Source: Candidatus Poribacteria bacterium (lineage in GTDB: Bacteria; Poribacteria; WGA-4E; WGA-3G). From it: a stretch of DNA of 64,000 nt. The notes beneath the pieces are model-generated. The model searched no databases. It had not been told where the DNA came from and saw only the letters and a program-made list of their open reading frames with translations. Positions within the stretch are counted from its first letter, which is position 1, and the number at the start of each line of letters is the position of its first letter. A program made the position numbers and the translations under genes. The DNA lies in assembly GCA_965215265.1 (NCBI GenBank), contig OZ244048.1:1408001-1472000 (forward strand), given 5' to 3'. Below, piece after piece: positions 40,960 to 51,900 of this stretch.

Positions 40960-41763
40960 TTATAGGTACGCGTCCAATTTGGCTGCAGTGGGTGTTGGCG
41001 TAGTAATTCCGTTTTCAGGGATTTCTACCTTTGCTGTCCAGGCGATGGCGTTAAGAATAAACTTACGTAGCCGATCGTCAGCCCAATTGCGATGAAGGTG
41101 CCCGCCCGTAAACCCGACCCCCCGGCCGCCATCAGCACGCTCAACGCACCACGCTAGATGTTGTGGTTCACCGTTCGCCACGGATGTGCGAACATGCGGG
41201 TTGCCACTGTGCGGTCCGTCGAGTCTTGTTAACGTTGTCTCAGGCGCGATTGTGCTCAATAGCGGTGTTACGCCGTGCATATTTTCACGAAACCGCATGT
41301 GGTAGTACCACTCATCTTCTAATGAAAAAGGTTCTAATCCACGCGTTACGGGATGCAGTGGAAACCCGGTAAACGTTGCTGTCCAGTAAGGATTAACCGA
41401 GAGATGTGTCTCAAAGTAACCGCCGATCCAATCTAAAAAGCGATCGCCGGGTTCCCCCTTGGGTACTTCCACTGCGTAGTGCAGCATTGCGAGCCCGATG
41501 CCGTGCGCCATCAATTGACTGAGCTGCGCGAGGTGGGGAATCGCCAGATGCCGTGCCCCGCCATCCGAGTATACAATAATTGCATCGGTATCCTCAAAGA
41601 CGGCAGGATCCGCCGGCCAGCCTTGATATACGACTGCTTGGACATTTTCCACCGTAGTATTCAGCATATCTGCGAGAAAAGCACAGCCACCGGGATGCTC
41701 GTGTGCTCCACCTCCATGGCTCGCCTTTCCTGCAATCAGAACGATTCGAGATTTCTGTGCCAT
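40960..41763 (-). CDS. ThuA-like domain protein
   Basis: SHGGGAHEH, HPVTRG, DEWYY, GFTGGH. Confidence 0.75.
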   Translation of the reverse strand: MAQKSRIVLIAGKASHGGGAHEHPGGCAFLADMLNTTVENVQAVVYQGWPADPAVFEDTDAIIVYSDGGARHLAIPHLAQLSQLMAHGIGLAMLHYAVEVPKGEPGDRFLDWIGGYFETHLSVNPYWTATFTGFPLHPVTRGLEPFSLEDEWYYHMRFRENMHGVTPLLSTIAPETTLTRLDGPHSGNPHVRTSVANGEPQHLAWCVERADGGRGVGFTGGHLHRNWADDRLRKFILNAIAWTAKVEIPENGITTPTPTAAKLDAYL

Positions 41764-41915
41764 ATTCTCTCCTTTTTCACGTTTGTGCTTGATTACCGTT
41801 TTGCAACATTATAATTATACATGTCTTCGTTGCTGCTGTCAATTTTTTATAATTGACAAACCGCTGTAAAACTACTAAAATAATATCAAATCCTATCCAA
41901 TAAAGGAGCAATACC

Positions 41916-42764
41916 GTGCAAAGTTTCAAAATCGTCGATACCCATGTGCATCTCTGGCATCCTAAGCAATTCAGGTATCCATGGCTCTCGGAAGTACCGG
42001 TGCTAAACAGACCTTATCTACTAAAAGACTACACCGCCGCACATGGAGAAATCCCTATTGAGGCCCTGGTTTTCGTCCAATGCGATACGCATCCGGATGA
42101 TGGCTTGAAGGAGACTGCCTGGGTCACCTCACTGTCCTCGGTGGCTCGGCGTATCCGGGGCATAGTCGCTTGGGCCCCGCTAGAAGAAGGTGAAGCTGTT
42201 GTCCCGTTTGTAGAGAAATTAGCAGAGAACCCGCTTGTGAAAGGTGTCCGCCGCCTCATCCAGTCGGAGAGCATCGATTTCTGTATCCAACCGGCCTTTG
42301 TCGACGGTGTCAAGACGCTCGCTCACTACCGATTAAGTTTTGATATTTGTATTTTCCATCCGCAGCTTGCCAACGCAATCCGGTTGGTTGAACAGTGCCC
42401 GGATGTCCAATTTATCTTGGATCATATTGGCAAACCGGACATCAAAAATCAACTGTTTGAACCGTGGAAGCAAGAAATCCGGAGGTTATCGGAGTATCCG
42501 AATGTCCATTGCAAAATCTCTGGAGTCGTGACGGAGGCTGACCTCGCGCAGTGGGAAGCTGTGCACTTACAGCCGTATATTGAGCATGTCATTGACTGCT
42601 TCAGTTTTGACCGGGTAATATACGGTAGCGATTGGCCCGTCTGCACACAAGCGACGGATTACCCGCGTTGGGTTGACACACTGCAAGAGATTGTTGCGGG
42701 CTGTTCACCGGCGGAGTTAAAAAAACTATTCCACGACAACGCTATCAAGTTTTACAGACTTTAA
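41916..42764 (+). CDS. Amidohydrolase_2 family (sugar-lactonase-like)
   Basis: VDTHVHLW, LDHIGKP, CKISG, YGSDWP. Confidence 0.85.
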   Translation: MQSFKIVDTHVHLWHPKQFRYPWLSEVPVLNRPYLLKDYTAAHGEIPIEALVFVQCDTHPDDGLKETAWVTSLSSVARRIRGIVAWAPLEEGEAVVPFVEKLAENPLVKGVRRLIQSESIDFCIQPAFVDGVKTLAHYRLSFDICIFHPQLANAIRLVEQCPDVQFILDHIGKPDIKNQLFEPWKQEIRRLSEYPNVHCKISGVVTEADLAQWEAVHLQPYIEHVIDCFSFDRVIYGSDWPVCTQATDYPRWVDTLQEIVAGCSPAELKKLFHDNAIKFYRL

Positions 42765-42974
42765 CTCCTTTTCCGGAATAAGTGGACATGCTGGTTCTTT
42801 TTTGCTTGACAAAGGGTAAGCGGATTTTGCATTTGCGGTTGATTTGGCTAAGGGTGCAGGTTTGTCTTATACTTCTACTTCTAGAACGCTGCGATGGATA
42901 CAAAACCGATTTTAACAAACTTTAGCACACTGTATGTGCGGTGGCAGCGCTTCCTTATAGACAAACTTACATTC

Positions 42975-45161
42975 TTACATTCCGCTCTTAACTTGGCGGC
43001 GCCGCGGATGCAGCACAAATTCTGTATACCCGTTAGGCACCTCACACCCCTTGAAAACTAAATCTAACGCCGCTTTAAATGCAATGCTCTCCTTGTAATT
43101 CGGAGACATATTCCGATAGTGCGGGTCTCCAGCATTCTGGGCATCAACCACTCGTGCCATCCGTTTAAATGTCTCTGTTACTTGTGCACGCGAGACAATG
43201 CCGTGGTGCAGCCAATTTGCGATGTGCTGACTGGAAATCCGCAATGTTGCGCGATCTTCCATTAACCCGATGTTGTGAATGTCCGGTATCTTTGAACAGC
43301 CGACACCTTGATCAACCCAGCGGACAACATAACCGAGGATGCCCTGTGCGTTGTTATCTAATTCTGTCTGGATCGCTTCTGGCGACAATTCTCGTTCTAT
43401 CAACAACGGTGGTGTCAGCAAATCAGCCAAACTTGCTCGTGCGCGCTGCGCTAGTTCATCTAAGCGCTTTGCGACATTGATGCGGTGGTAGTGCATAGCG
43501 TGCAAAGTTGCAGCGGTAGGCGACGGTACCCATGCTGTCGTAGCCCCTGCCAATGGATGATTGCCCTTCGTTTGGACCATCTCTGCCATCTCATCAGGTT
43601 TTGTCCACATACCCTTCCCGATCTGCGCGGTGCCGGGCAATCCTGTTTCAATACCGATGTCGACGTTCCAGTCCTCATAAGCGACCATCCACGGTTCGTC
43701 GCGAATCTCCATTTTGGGAATCATCGGTCCTGCTTCCATGCTGGTATGAATTTCATCGCCTGTTCTATCCAAAAAACCGGTGTTAATAAAAACAATCCGA
43801 TCTTTCGCCATGCGGATAGATTCCTTGAGATTGACGGTTGTGCGGCGTTCTTCGTCCATAATCCCGATTTTCATCGTCTTCGGTGCGAGCCCGAGTGCAG
43901 CTTCAATCCTTTCAAACAAGCGTACCGTGAATGCGACTTCTTCTGGGCCGTGAAACTTCGGCTTGACGATATAGATACTGCCAGCGCGACTATTGCGAAA
44001 ATTCCCAGCTCCCTGCAGATCGTGTATGGCAGCGAGAGTTGTTACCATTGCATCTAGGAAACCCTCTGGAATTTCCGAACCGTCTTCAGTGGTAACAGCG
44101 TCGGTATATATATGGAGTCCGACGTTCCGAATGAGGAGCAGACTGCGTCCTGGCAACGTCAAGGTGCTGCCATCTGGTGCGGTGAACGTTTTATCTGGTG
44201 CTAGGCGGCGCGTCAGCGGTTTTCCGTTTTTCTCAAACGTTGTCTCTAACGTCCCCTTCATGATGCCGTTCCAATTACTATAGACCAGTCCCTTATCCGC
44301 TGCGTCGACTGCAGCGACAGAATCTTCACAGTCTTGAATAGTGGTTATCGCTGCTTCTAAAATGACATCGGTTACGCCGGCGGGATGTACCTTTCCGACA
44401 GGATGATTGCGGTCCAATTGAATCTCAATGTGCAACCCGTTATTTCTCAGTAAGATAGCCCGGAGTTCCTGATGTTCTAACCTAAAACCGGCAAATTGAT
44501 TCTGATCCGCTAACCCGACCGTGTCCGCTGCTGCGCTATGTTGTAAACGTGCGTGCAGCTGGTGGGTGCCATCGACCTGCTTGACGCTAAATTCGGTAAC
44601 GTCAGCGAAGCTCCCGGTTGCCAGTCCGGCAACTTCATCTAAAAATTTCTCGGTTGTCGCAATAACCTTGGTGCCGCGAATCGGGTTATAGGTGTCACCG
44701 CGGGTAGCACCGTCATCTTCGGAGATGACATCTGTGCCGTAGAGTGCGTCATACAGGCTGCCCCACCGTGCATTTGCAGCATTTAGGGCGTAGCGTGCAT
44801 TATCTGTCGGCACCACAAGTTGTGGTCCGGAAATCGTCGCTATTTCCGGGTCAACATTCTCTGTGTTAACCTGAAAATCTGGGCCTTCTGGGACCAGATA
44901 CCGGATTTCTGCGAGGAAGTCGGCGTATCCATCTAAAGGCTGTTCTTTATGGGCGAGGTACCATGCGTCAATCTGTTGCTGTATCAGATCTCGTTTTTCC
45001 AAGAGTGCGCGATTCTCCGGTGCCAAATCGGCGACAATGCTACCGAAAGCCGTCCAGAATGCATCGATGTCAATGCCGATGCCGGGAAGGATTTCATCCC
45101 TTACCAGCGCGTATAAATCGGCGTCTACTTTCAAACCACCGACTTCAATTCGGGTTCCCAT
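42975..45161 (-). CDS. glcB: Malate synthase G
   Basis: [46 protein letters not shown]. Confidence 0.97.
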   Translation of the reverse strand: MGTRIEVGGLKVDADLYALVRDEILPGIGIDIDAFWTAFGSIVADLAPENRALLEKRDLIQQQIDAWYLAHKEQPLDGYADFLAEIRYLVPEGPDFQVNTENVDPEIATISGPQLVVPTDNARYALNAANARWGSLYDALYGTDVISEDDGATRGDTYNPIRGTKVIATTEKFLDEVAGLATGSFADVTEFSVKQVDGTHQLHARLQHSAAADTVGLADQNQFAGFRLEHQELRAILLRNNGLHIEIQLDRNHPVGKVHPAGVTDVILEAAITTIQDCEDSVAAVDAADKGLVYSNWNGIMKGTLETTFEKNGKPLTRRLAPDKTFTAPDGSTLTLPGRSLLLIRNVGLHIYTDAVTTEDGSEIPEGFLDAMVTTLAAIHDLQGAGNFRNSRAGSIYIVKPKFHGPEEVAFTVRLFERIEAALGLAPKTMKIGIMDEERRTTVNLKESIRMAKDRIVFINTGFLDRTGDEIHTSMEAGPMIPKMEIRDEPWMVAYEDWNVDIGIETGLPGTAQIGKGMWTKPDEMAEMVQTKGNHPLAGATTAWVPSPTAATLHAMHYHRINVAKRLDELAQRARASLADLLTPPLLIERELSPEAIQTELDNNAQGILGYVVRWVDQGVGCSKIPDIHNIGLMEDRATLRISSQHIANWLHHGIVSRAQVTETFKRMARVVDAQNAGDPHYRNMSPNYKESIAFKAALDLVFKGCEVPNGYTEFVLHPRRRQVKSGM

Positions 45162-45440
45162 ATTATCTCTCCATTCCTCATTGCTGATAATAATGCCTTT
45201 TATGATAACAACAGTCGGTAGTTGTGTCAACAATTTTTCGTTTGGGGTCCGGAGATCTGATTTTATAAGGGTGCCAAAATTGAGGAAAGACGGAATCCGT
45301 GGGGTGTATCGTGCAAAGAAGGAAGAGTGAGGATGCAGAGATTCTTCCTGGCTGCTCTATCAAAAACTTGCAAATATCCCGGACAATTGTTATAATAGAA
45401 ACAGATAGATTGGCAAACAAAAGGATGCAAAAAAAAGTAT

Positions 45441-46520
45441 ATGAAAATAGGAATTATCGGCTGTGGGACGATTAGTGGTGCCTACTTTGAAGGGGCTCGG
45501 AAAACTGACATCTTAGAGATTGCAGCATGTGCAGATCTGCGAATGGAAGCTGCACAAGCACAAGCCAACCGATACGGTTGTCGCGCCCTCACTGTAGAGG
45601 AACTCCTCGCGGAACCGGAGATTGAATTGGTTGTCAATTTAACGATCCCGCGTGCACACGTCGAGGTAGGTCTTCAGGTACTTGAAGCAGGGAAACATGT
45701 CTATAGCGAAAAACCGCTTGGTGTAGATGTCGAAAGCGGTAAGAAGCTGGTTGAGAGTGGTGCAGAGAAATCGCTGCGGGTGGGTTCTGCCCCGGATACG
45801 TTTCTCGGTGCCGGAATCCAGACCTCTCGTCAGGTACTGGATGCGGGTAAAATTGGCAGCCCAATTGCAGGTAGTGCCTTTATGTGCGGGCATGGGCATG
45901 AAAGCTGGCATCCGAATCCGGCGTTCTACTATGACATCGGCGGTGGCCCGATGCTTGATATGGGTCCCTACTACGTGACTGCGTTAGTGAACCTACTCGG
46001 TCCCGTCAAGCGTGTGGCGGCGATCACGAGCAAGGCATTTGAAGAACGTATCGCCACCAGTGATGCGGTGAAAGGGCTGAGAATTCCTGTGAAAACTACA
46101 ACGCACCTGACGGGTACAATTGAATTTGAGCAGGGTGCGATTATTACGATGATTATGAGTTTCGACCTGTGGCGACACAGTCTTCCTTGCATTGAAATTT
46201 ACGGTGAGACGGGTTCGATGCAGGTGCCGGATCCGAATGGTTTTGGTGGGACAGTCAATGTCTGTGAGGCGCATGCGGACTGGGAAAAGGTGCCGCTTGT
46301 CTACCCGAATAATGCACGCATGATCGGGGTAATTGACATGGTATCGGCGATCCGGAACGGGCGTGAGCATCGTGCCAGCGGTGCGTTGGCTTACCATGTT
46401 CTTGAAGTCATGCTCGCCTTCGACAGATCTTCCGAATCTGGTAAACACGTTGAGATAGAGAGTACTACCGAGAGGCCGGCTCCGATGCCGCTTGGGTTAA
46501 AGGAGTGGGAAGTAGAGTAA
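45441..46520 (+). CDS. Gfo/Idh/MocA family oxidoreductase
   Basis: GIIGCG, HVYSEKP, GGGPMLDMGPYY. Confidence 0.9.
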   Translation: MKIGIIGCGTISGAYFEGARKTDILEIAACADLRMEAAQAQANRYGCRALTVEELLAEPEIELVVNLTIPRAHVEVGLQVLEAGKHVYSEKPLGVDVESGKKLVESGAEKSLRVGSAPDTFLGAGIQTSRQVLDAGKIGSPIAGSAFMCGHGHESWHPNPAFYYDIGGGPMLDMGPYYVTALVNLLGPVKRVAAITSKAFEERIATSDAVKGLRIPVKTTTHLTGTIEFEQGAIITMIMSFDLWRHSLPCIEIYGETGSMQVPDPNGFGGTVNVCEAHADWEKVPLVYPNNARMIGVIDMVSAIRNGREHRASGALAYHVLEVMLAFDRSSESGKHVEIESTTERPAPMPLGLKEWEVE

Positions 46521-46592
46521 ATTTCTCATTCAGTCCAAAATTCACAAAAATAGAGAACTGGAAACGGTTCAAACGGTTCAAAGGAGAATTTC

Positions 46593-47795
46593 ATGAATTC
46601 TAAAACTTTCAAGATAACTTTTGTTGTAGGGCTTGCCTTTATTGCAACGTTCCTATTGGGGTGTGAACGGATAAGTGACACGCTGCGTCCATCTGAACCT
46701 TCTACTACGCCCAGTCTCAAAATCGGCGTGATTCAACCGGCAGATTATTTCGCGAGTTTTACGAGAGGTGCGGAATTAGCACGGGTCCAAATCAACCAGA
46801 GTGGTGGTTTGCTCGGAATGCCGGTGGAGTTCATCGTTAGAAATAACCAGACGGCAGCGGGTGTATTTCCTACGCCGGAAACAAGCGTGGCTCTTGCTAA
46901 AGAATTGATTGAAGTCGAAGAGGTTTTCGCGCTTCTGGGGCCGATTTTTTCAACGAATGCGGTGCAAGTCGGGCCGGTGGCACAAGCACATCAGAGGTTG
47001 ATGCTTCCCGGTGCGACAGGTTCACAGGTCACGGATACAGGTGAATTTGTCTTTCTTGTTGGCGCGTCTGCAGCACTTCATGGACAGGTGATGGCGGGCT
47101 TCGCAACGGATGCGACTGCAATCGCTGCAACAACCGCCGCAACGATTCATCAAGCGAAAGATGTCTACTCAATGGATCTGACCCAAGCTTTTGAGGCACA
47201 TTTTCAGAGTCTTGGGGGGACAATCGTTGCCCAAGAAACCTATCAAGTTGGTGATACAGCTTTCGGTGCGCAGCTCGCACGAATTCAAGAGGCGAACCCG
47301 GATGTTCTGCTTCTCTCTAGTTTTGCGCCAGAAGTTCCGTTGTTGATAAAAGAAGCACGGGAGCTGGGAATTACTGCAACCTTTGTCGGCGGGGATGGCT
47401 GGGATGACCCGGAGAAGTTCCTCACAATCTTACAGGATAACGCCCCCCTAGAAGGCTCTTATTACGCCACAAACCAGACAATGGATAGCGCGAATACATC
47501 ACAGTTCATTGAAGATTATAAGAAGATGTTTGGGGATAATCCGGATGGTGTGGCGGCATCGGGGTATGATGCAATTCAGCTATTGGCAATTGCAATTAAA
47601 ACGGCGCAATCTGTTGACTCCGTTGAAGTCCGGGATGCGTTGAAGGGAATCACTGATTACAGCGGTGCTACGATTATATCTCACTATGATGAAAAACGTC
47701 ATCCTGTGAAAAAAATTGGGGTGTTGACGATTCGCGATGGACAGCCGCAACCCTACTCAGTTGTTACACCGCGGCCTATCGATGCGGTTGAATAA
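46593..47795 (+). CDS. Branched-chain amino acid-type ABC substrate-binding lipoprotein
   Basis: Lipobox LLGC; INQSGGLLG, GGDGWD, GYDA. Confidence 0.85.
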   Translation: MNSKTFKITFVVGLAFIATFLLGCERISDTLRPSEPSTTPSLKIGVIQPADYFASFTRGAELARVQINQSGGLLGMPVEFIVRNNQTAAGVFPTPETSVALAKELIEVEEVFALLGPIFSTNAVQVGPVAQAHQRLMLPGATGSQVTDTGEFVFLVGASAALHGQVMAGFATDATAIAATTAATIHQAKDVYSMDLTQAFEAHFQSLGGTIVAQETYQVGDTAFGAQLARIQEANPDVLLLSSFAPEVPLLIKEARELGITATFVGGDGWDDPEKFLTILQDNAPLEGSYYATNQTMDSANTSQFIEDYKKMFGDNPDGVAASGYDAIQLLAIAIKTAQSVDSVEVRDALKGITDYSGATIISHYDEKRHPVKKIGVLTIRDGQPQPYSVVTPRPIDAVE

Positions 47796-47864
47796 GGTAC
47801 TTTTGTCGGAGTCGGCATAACAGAACCCGCAAAATTCAGGGAGTTTTTAATGCGGTGTTCCGTC

Positions 47865-48821
47865 TCATTGGGTTAACAACTTCAGGAGTTCTGCTTTGGT
47901 TTCGGCATCTAAGGAGCGTAAATCTTCTGAACTCAGCCCAGCCAGTCGTTCTTCCGGTGTGATGCCCTGGAGCCGTTCTTCCGGTGTGATGCCCTGGAGC
48001 CGTTCTTCCGGTGTGATGCCTTGGAGCCGTTCTTCCAATGTCATGCTCTGCAGCTGTTCTTCCGGTGTGATGCCCTGGAGCCGTTCTTCTAGTGTCATTT
48101 TTTTGAGCAAGTCCGGGCCCATGACATCAATAATCCGCCGGAGCTGTTTATCGTATAAATTCTCTCTTTTTGCCATTTTGAAGACCTCCATTGTGATTTC
48201 TGGCGCTACCCGCGCCGCATAGGAGAGGTAAGCCAGATTATCCTCGCCGATGAGCTGCTCGACAAACTGGTAAAACTTCCGTTTGGACGAGGCAAAGAGC
48301 AGCAGGGGGTAATTTTTCGCCACCAGTTCCAATTCATTACACACAAATAGGTTGACAGGCAATAAGTCCGTGCTTTGATAATGCCCGATACCTACGGAGT
48401 CCCACTTCACATCAGATGGGCAGCGGCTCAACACGTTTCTGGGTTGACGCGCGGAGACGATTGTCACCGTCATGTCAGCTGCCGAGAGTTTCTGCTCGGC
48501 CAGGTAGAGGTGGCTGCGCCCACGAATGAGGTGGTATCCGTCTCGTGTGAGAGCATCGGCTTTGCCTTTGAATTCAATCTGATTGTAGCGGCGGAAATAG
48601 TTGAAAGCGGTTTGCGTCTGAACTCTCTCCCGCTGTTGAGCGGTTTCCAAGACGAGCAGCGCATCGATGGTGCGTGGGAGCCGGCTCACCTCCACTTGTG
48701 TTTGGATAGGGATGGCGAGTTGCCCGAAGTTCACTGTCAAAACTTCTTTGAAGACAGGGTCAAGAAAATTGCGTTCGCTTGTTGGGTTATCAGTCGCCAT
48801 TACACCTTTACACCTTTCCAT
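47865..48821 (-). CDS. Divergent PD-(D/E)XK / Rpn-like protein with C-terminal 9-aa repeats
   Basis: IDALLV...IEFK nuclease-like motif; TPEERLQGI repeats; internal GGAGGT-N7-ATG at 48176. Confidence 0.6.
   Translation of the reverse strand: MERCKGVMATDNPTSERNFLDPVFKEVLTVNFGQLAIPIQTQVEVSRLPRTIDALLVLETAQQRERVQTQTAFNYFRRYNQIEFKGKADALTRDGYHLIRGRSHLYLAEQKLSAADMTVTIVSARQPRNVLSRCPSDVKWDSVGIGHYQSTDLLPVNLFVCNELELVAKNYPLLLFASSKRKFYQFVEQLIGEDNLAYLSYAARVAPEITMEVFKMAKRENLYDKQLRRIIDVMGPDLLKKMTLEERLQGITPEEQLQSMTLEERLQGITPEERLQGITPEERLQGITPEERLAGLSSEDLRSLDAETKAELLKLLTQ
47940..48097 (-). repeat. 27-bp coding tandem repeat (about 6 copies)
   Basis: ccgttcttccggtgtgatgccctggag units and variants. Confidence 0.85.
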
Positions 48822-48985
48822 CTCTACAATCTGATAGTGCGTAACTGCTTTGTGTTATTATATCGTATTTTGGCGCAAATTGCAAGCAAAATCCGGGGTG
48901 AGGTGTGGTAGCATTCAGCACGAAACCTATGCGCAAGCCGCCTCGCACTTTCTATTTACCTTGGCATAACAGCAGCCTCTCCTTT

Positions 48986-51900
48986 TTATGAAGGCTGTCC
49001 ACTCTCATCATCAGATTCAGGCATTACCTGATGAGGTAAGCGCTCAATGATTCTGGTTGATTGGACGCTGATGTAAACGATGCGCTCTATGGCTGTTATC
49101 AGGTCTCGTGGATGCTCGAACCAGCCGTTGGCATCGTTGATGATGCCACTCTCCTTGTCCTGCTTGATGCGATACCTGTCTATAAACCACTCCAAGGGGG
49201 TTCTGCCGTTGACCAGGTAACGATGCGCTTCTTCCGGGATACCGGTCAATTGGACGTGTTCGTTGAGCATCAGCGTTGTTTTCTGCGGCTTATCGGCAAA
49301 TCGCATGGCCCGGGTGCCGAGCCGAAAATGCTGCGGTTGCGGCACGCCCTGTTGTGCGAAAATAAGTTCCAACGGAATGCGTTCACCCGTCTCGTAACTG
49401 AGGTGGAGTTCGGCGAGTCTGGAGCCCGCTTCCGCGAAGGCGTGGAAATCGGGTGCAAACGGGATACGTGGTAACATCTTGGACAAATCGTTGGCGAATT
49501 GTTCTCTATAACAGGGTGCGTGGAGGAGCCCGTAAACGTAGTCGAAGATGTCGTCTTTCGTGATTGACTTGTCGCTATAGTGGTTCCGAAACGCGTGCAA
49601 TGCGGTGTCCGAGATATTGTCAATCCGTTTGGGTGAATCGTCAGCACGGAGAAATGAGCCAGCCGCGTCTGACTTATCCGAAGGTTTCGGATATTGCCAC
49701 CGTGGGAAGCATTGTGAGCCACTGTTTAAACCGAGATCTGGCATCGTATCTGTCATCAACACGGAAAAGGGAGTTTTAGTTCCAATACCAGGGACACATA
49801 TCACACGATTTTCGCTGGAACTGTCTGGGAAAATCTTGTGCATCTGGTACCGCCTCTGTATGAACGTGTAATCTGTGTAACAATTTGTGGCAATGAAAGG
49901 TCGGTACACAACCTTTTGGATATAACTCTCATTAAATGCGGTTTTTCTCCTCCGCCTTAGGTCGTTCTCAAGATCTATATTCCACTTAATGTTTGTGGCG
50001 TAGCGGTTGACGACCTCCGCTATTGTTAATTCCGGGTTTTCTTCAAGTTTAGAGAGTGCGGCGAGGTAGTCTTGCGTCATCTGTCTTGCATTTTCAGCAC
50101 ATGCCTCGCGAGAAAAATTGTAGAGGTATGCGTCTCTGCCTGTTGCCAATCCCATAGAATACAGCCTAAATATCGCATCGTCTGCCTTACCAGCCTTTGC
50201 CTGCTTTGTCCCCAGCGGATAAAATTTACTAAACGCTTCACTGCGCTGCTCAATCCAATCGTGGTGGGCATTAGGCGTAATGGTTTGCCAATCGTTGAAC
50301 CCTTTTATAGAACCTGCCTCGCGGAGTGCGTCCAGTTTTTCCTCGCGGGTGAGATAGTCGCCGATGTCACGGTAGTGGATGCGGCATCCGTCATGGGAGG
50401 CGTTTGGGTTTTTGACAAGGATTGTAATAGCAACAGGGGCCCGTGAGCCTTGACCGAACACCTTGCCGCCTTCGCGACGTGAACGTTCCCCCTGAGTTCG
50501 TTGATTCCCTCGCAGGTTTAGGACGTGGATGGAACTAAACTCTTCTGCGAAACAGGCGCGGATGCCTGCATCGGCGTTTCCGTCAATCCATGAGCCGTTG
50601 GTGACGAAGGCGATAATTCCTTCTTTTTTGATTCTATCGGATCCCCAGCGGATCGCCATCTTGTAGGTATCATAGAGGTGTCTTGTATTCGTCACCGTAG
50701 AGGATTCAACGTAGGTTTCTCTGACACGGTTTTCAAGTTCGGGATAATCAATGTTGGGGTTGTCGTCGGCTGCGCTCCGCTGTCCTACGGACCAGGGTGG
50801 ATTGCCGACGATGACCTGGATCGGGAGTTTCTGTTGCCGTTCGGCACGTTCGTTGTTGTCGGGCAGCCACTCCTTCGGGAAAAGGGTGGGAGCTTCTTCC
50901 TTGTTCAGGTTGAACGTATCCGTCAGCACGATGCCCTTAAAGGGTTCGTACGCGCTGTCTTCTCCGTGCCGGCCACGGAACGCTTCTTCTATATTCACGG
51001 CGGCGATGTAGTAGGCGAGCAGCACGATTTCATTGGCGTGGAGTTCCTCCCGGAACTTGCGCCCCACATCGTCCGGGTGGATAAGCCCAGATTGTAACAG
51101 TCGGACGGGAAAGATGCCGGTGCCCGTAAACGCATCCAGCAGATGCACTCCTTCATCGCTGAGGCATCGGCCAAATTCATCTCGCAACACCTCCTCGGCA
51201 CTGTGCAGAATGAAGTCTACAACTTCAATCGGTGTGTAGACGATGCCGAGGCGTTGTGCGTCTTTCTCCAGAGCGGTGGCGAAGAATTTCTCGTAAAGTT
51301 CCAACAGAACGCGTTGTTTGCCTTCGCTGTTGTCTATGCCGCGTGCACGGAGTTGGACGCTCTCGTAGAAACGGGCTAAATCGCGTGTTTCGTCCTCCAA
51401 GCCGAATTCGGCGAAATCGGACTGGAGGCTGTTTAGGGCAATGGCGACGGGGTTACCGGCGGCGAAGTCGTAATGCTCAAAGAGTGCTTCAAAAACAGGG
51501 CGTGTCAAGATGTGCTGTGCCATCATCTCTATGGCGTTGCTCTGGGTGATTGAGGCGTTTATTGAACTTTGCAATTCTGTATGGAACGCGTCGAACCATT
51601 CACGCAGTGCCTCATTTTCGAGGGTATTGAGTAAGCCTTCAATTCTTGCGGTGACTCGCAAAAAAATATCGGCGACATCCTTTGCCCAGCTCTCCCAGTA
51701 TTTTCTGTCTCCGCAGTTCTCAACGATTTTGGCGCAGATGGCATCGGCGGGAATCTCCAGGGGCAAAAAGAGTTGTTGCGCGTTTAAGGCAGCCGGGGTG
51801 TCCGTGCCATCTCCATCAAGGTTATATCCGGTGAAGATTATCCGAGGGGTGGGGGTGTTGTTGAGGTCTATTCTGTTGATTTCGGCGTTGAGCCTGTCGT

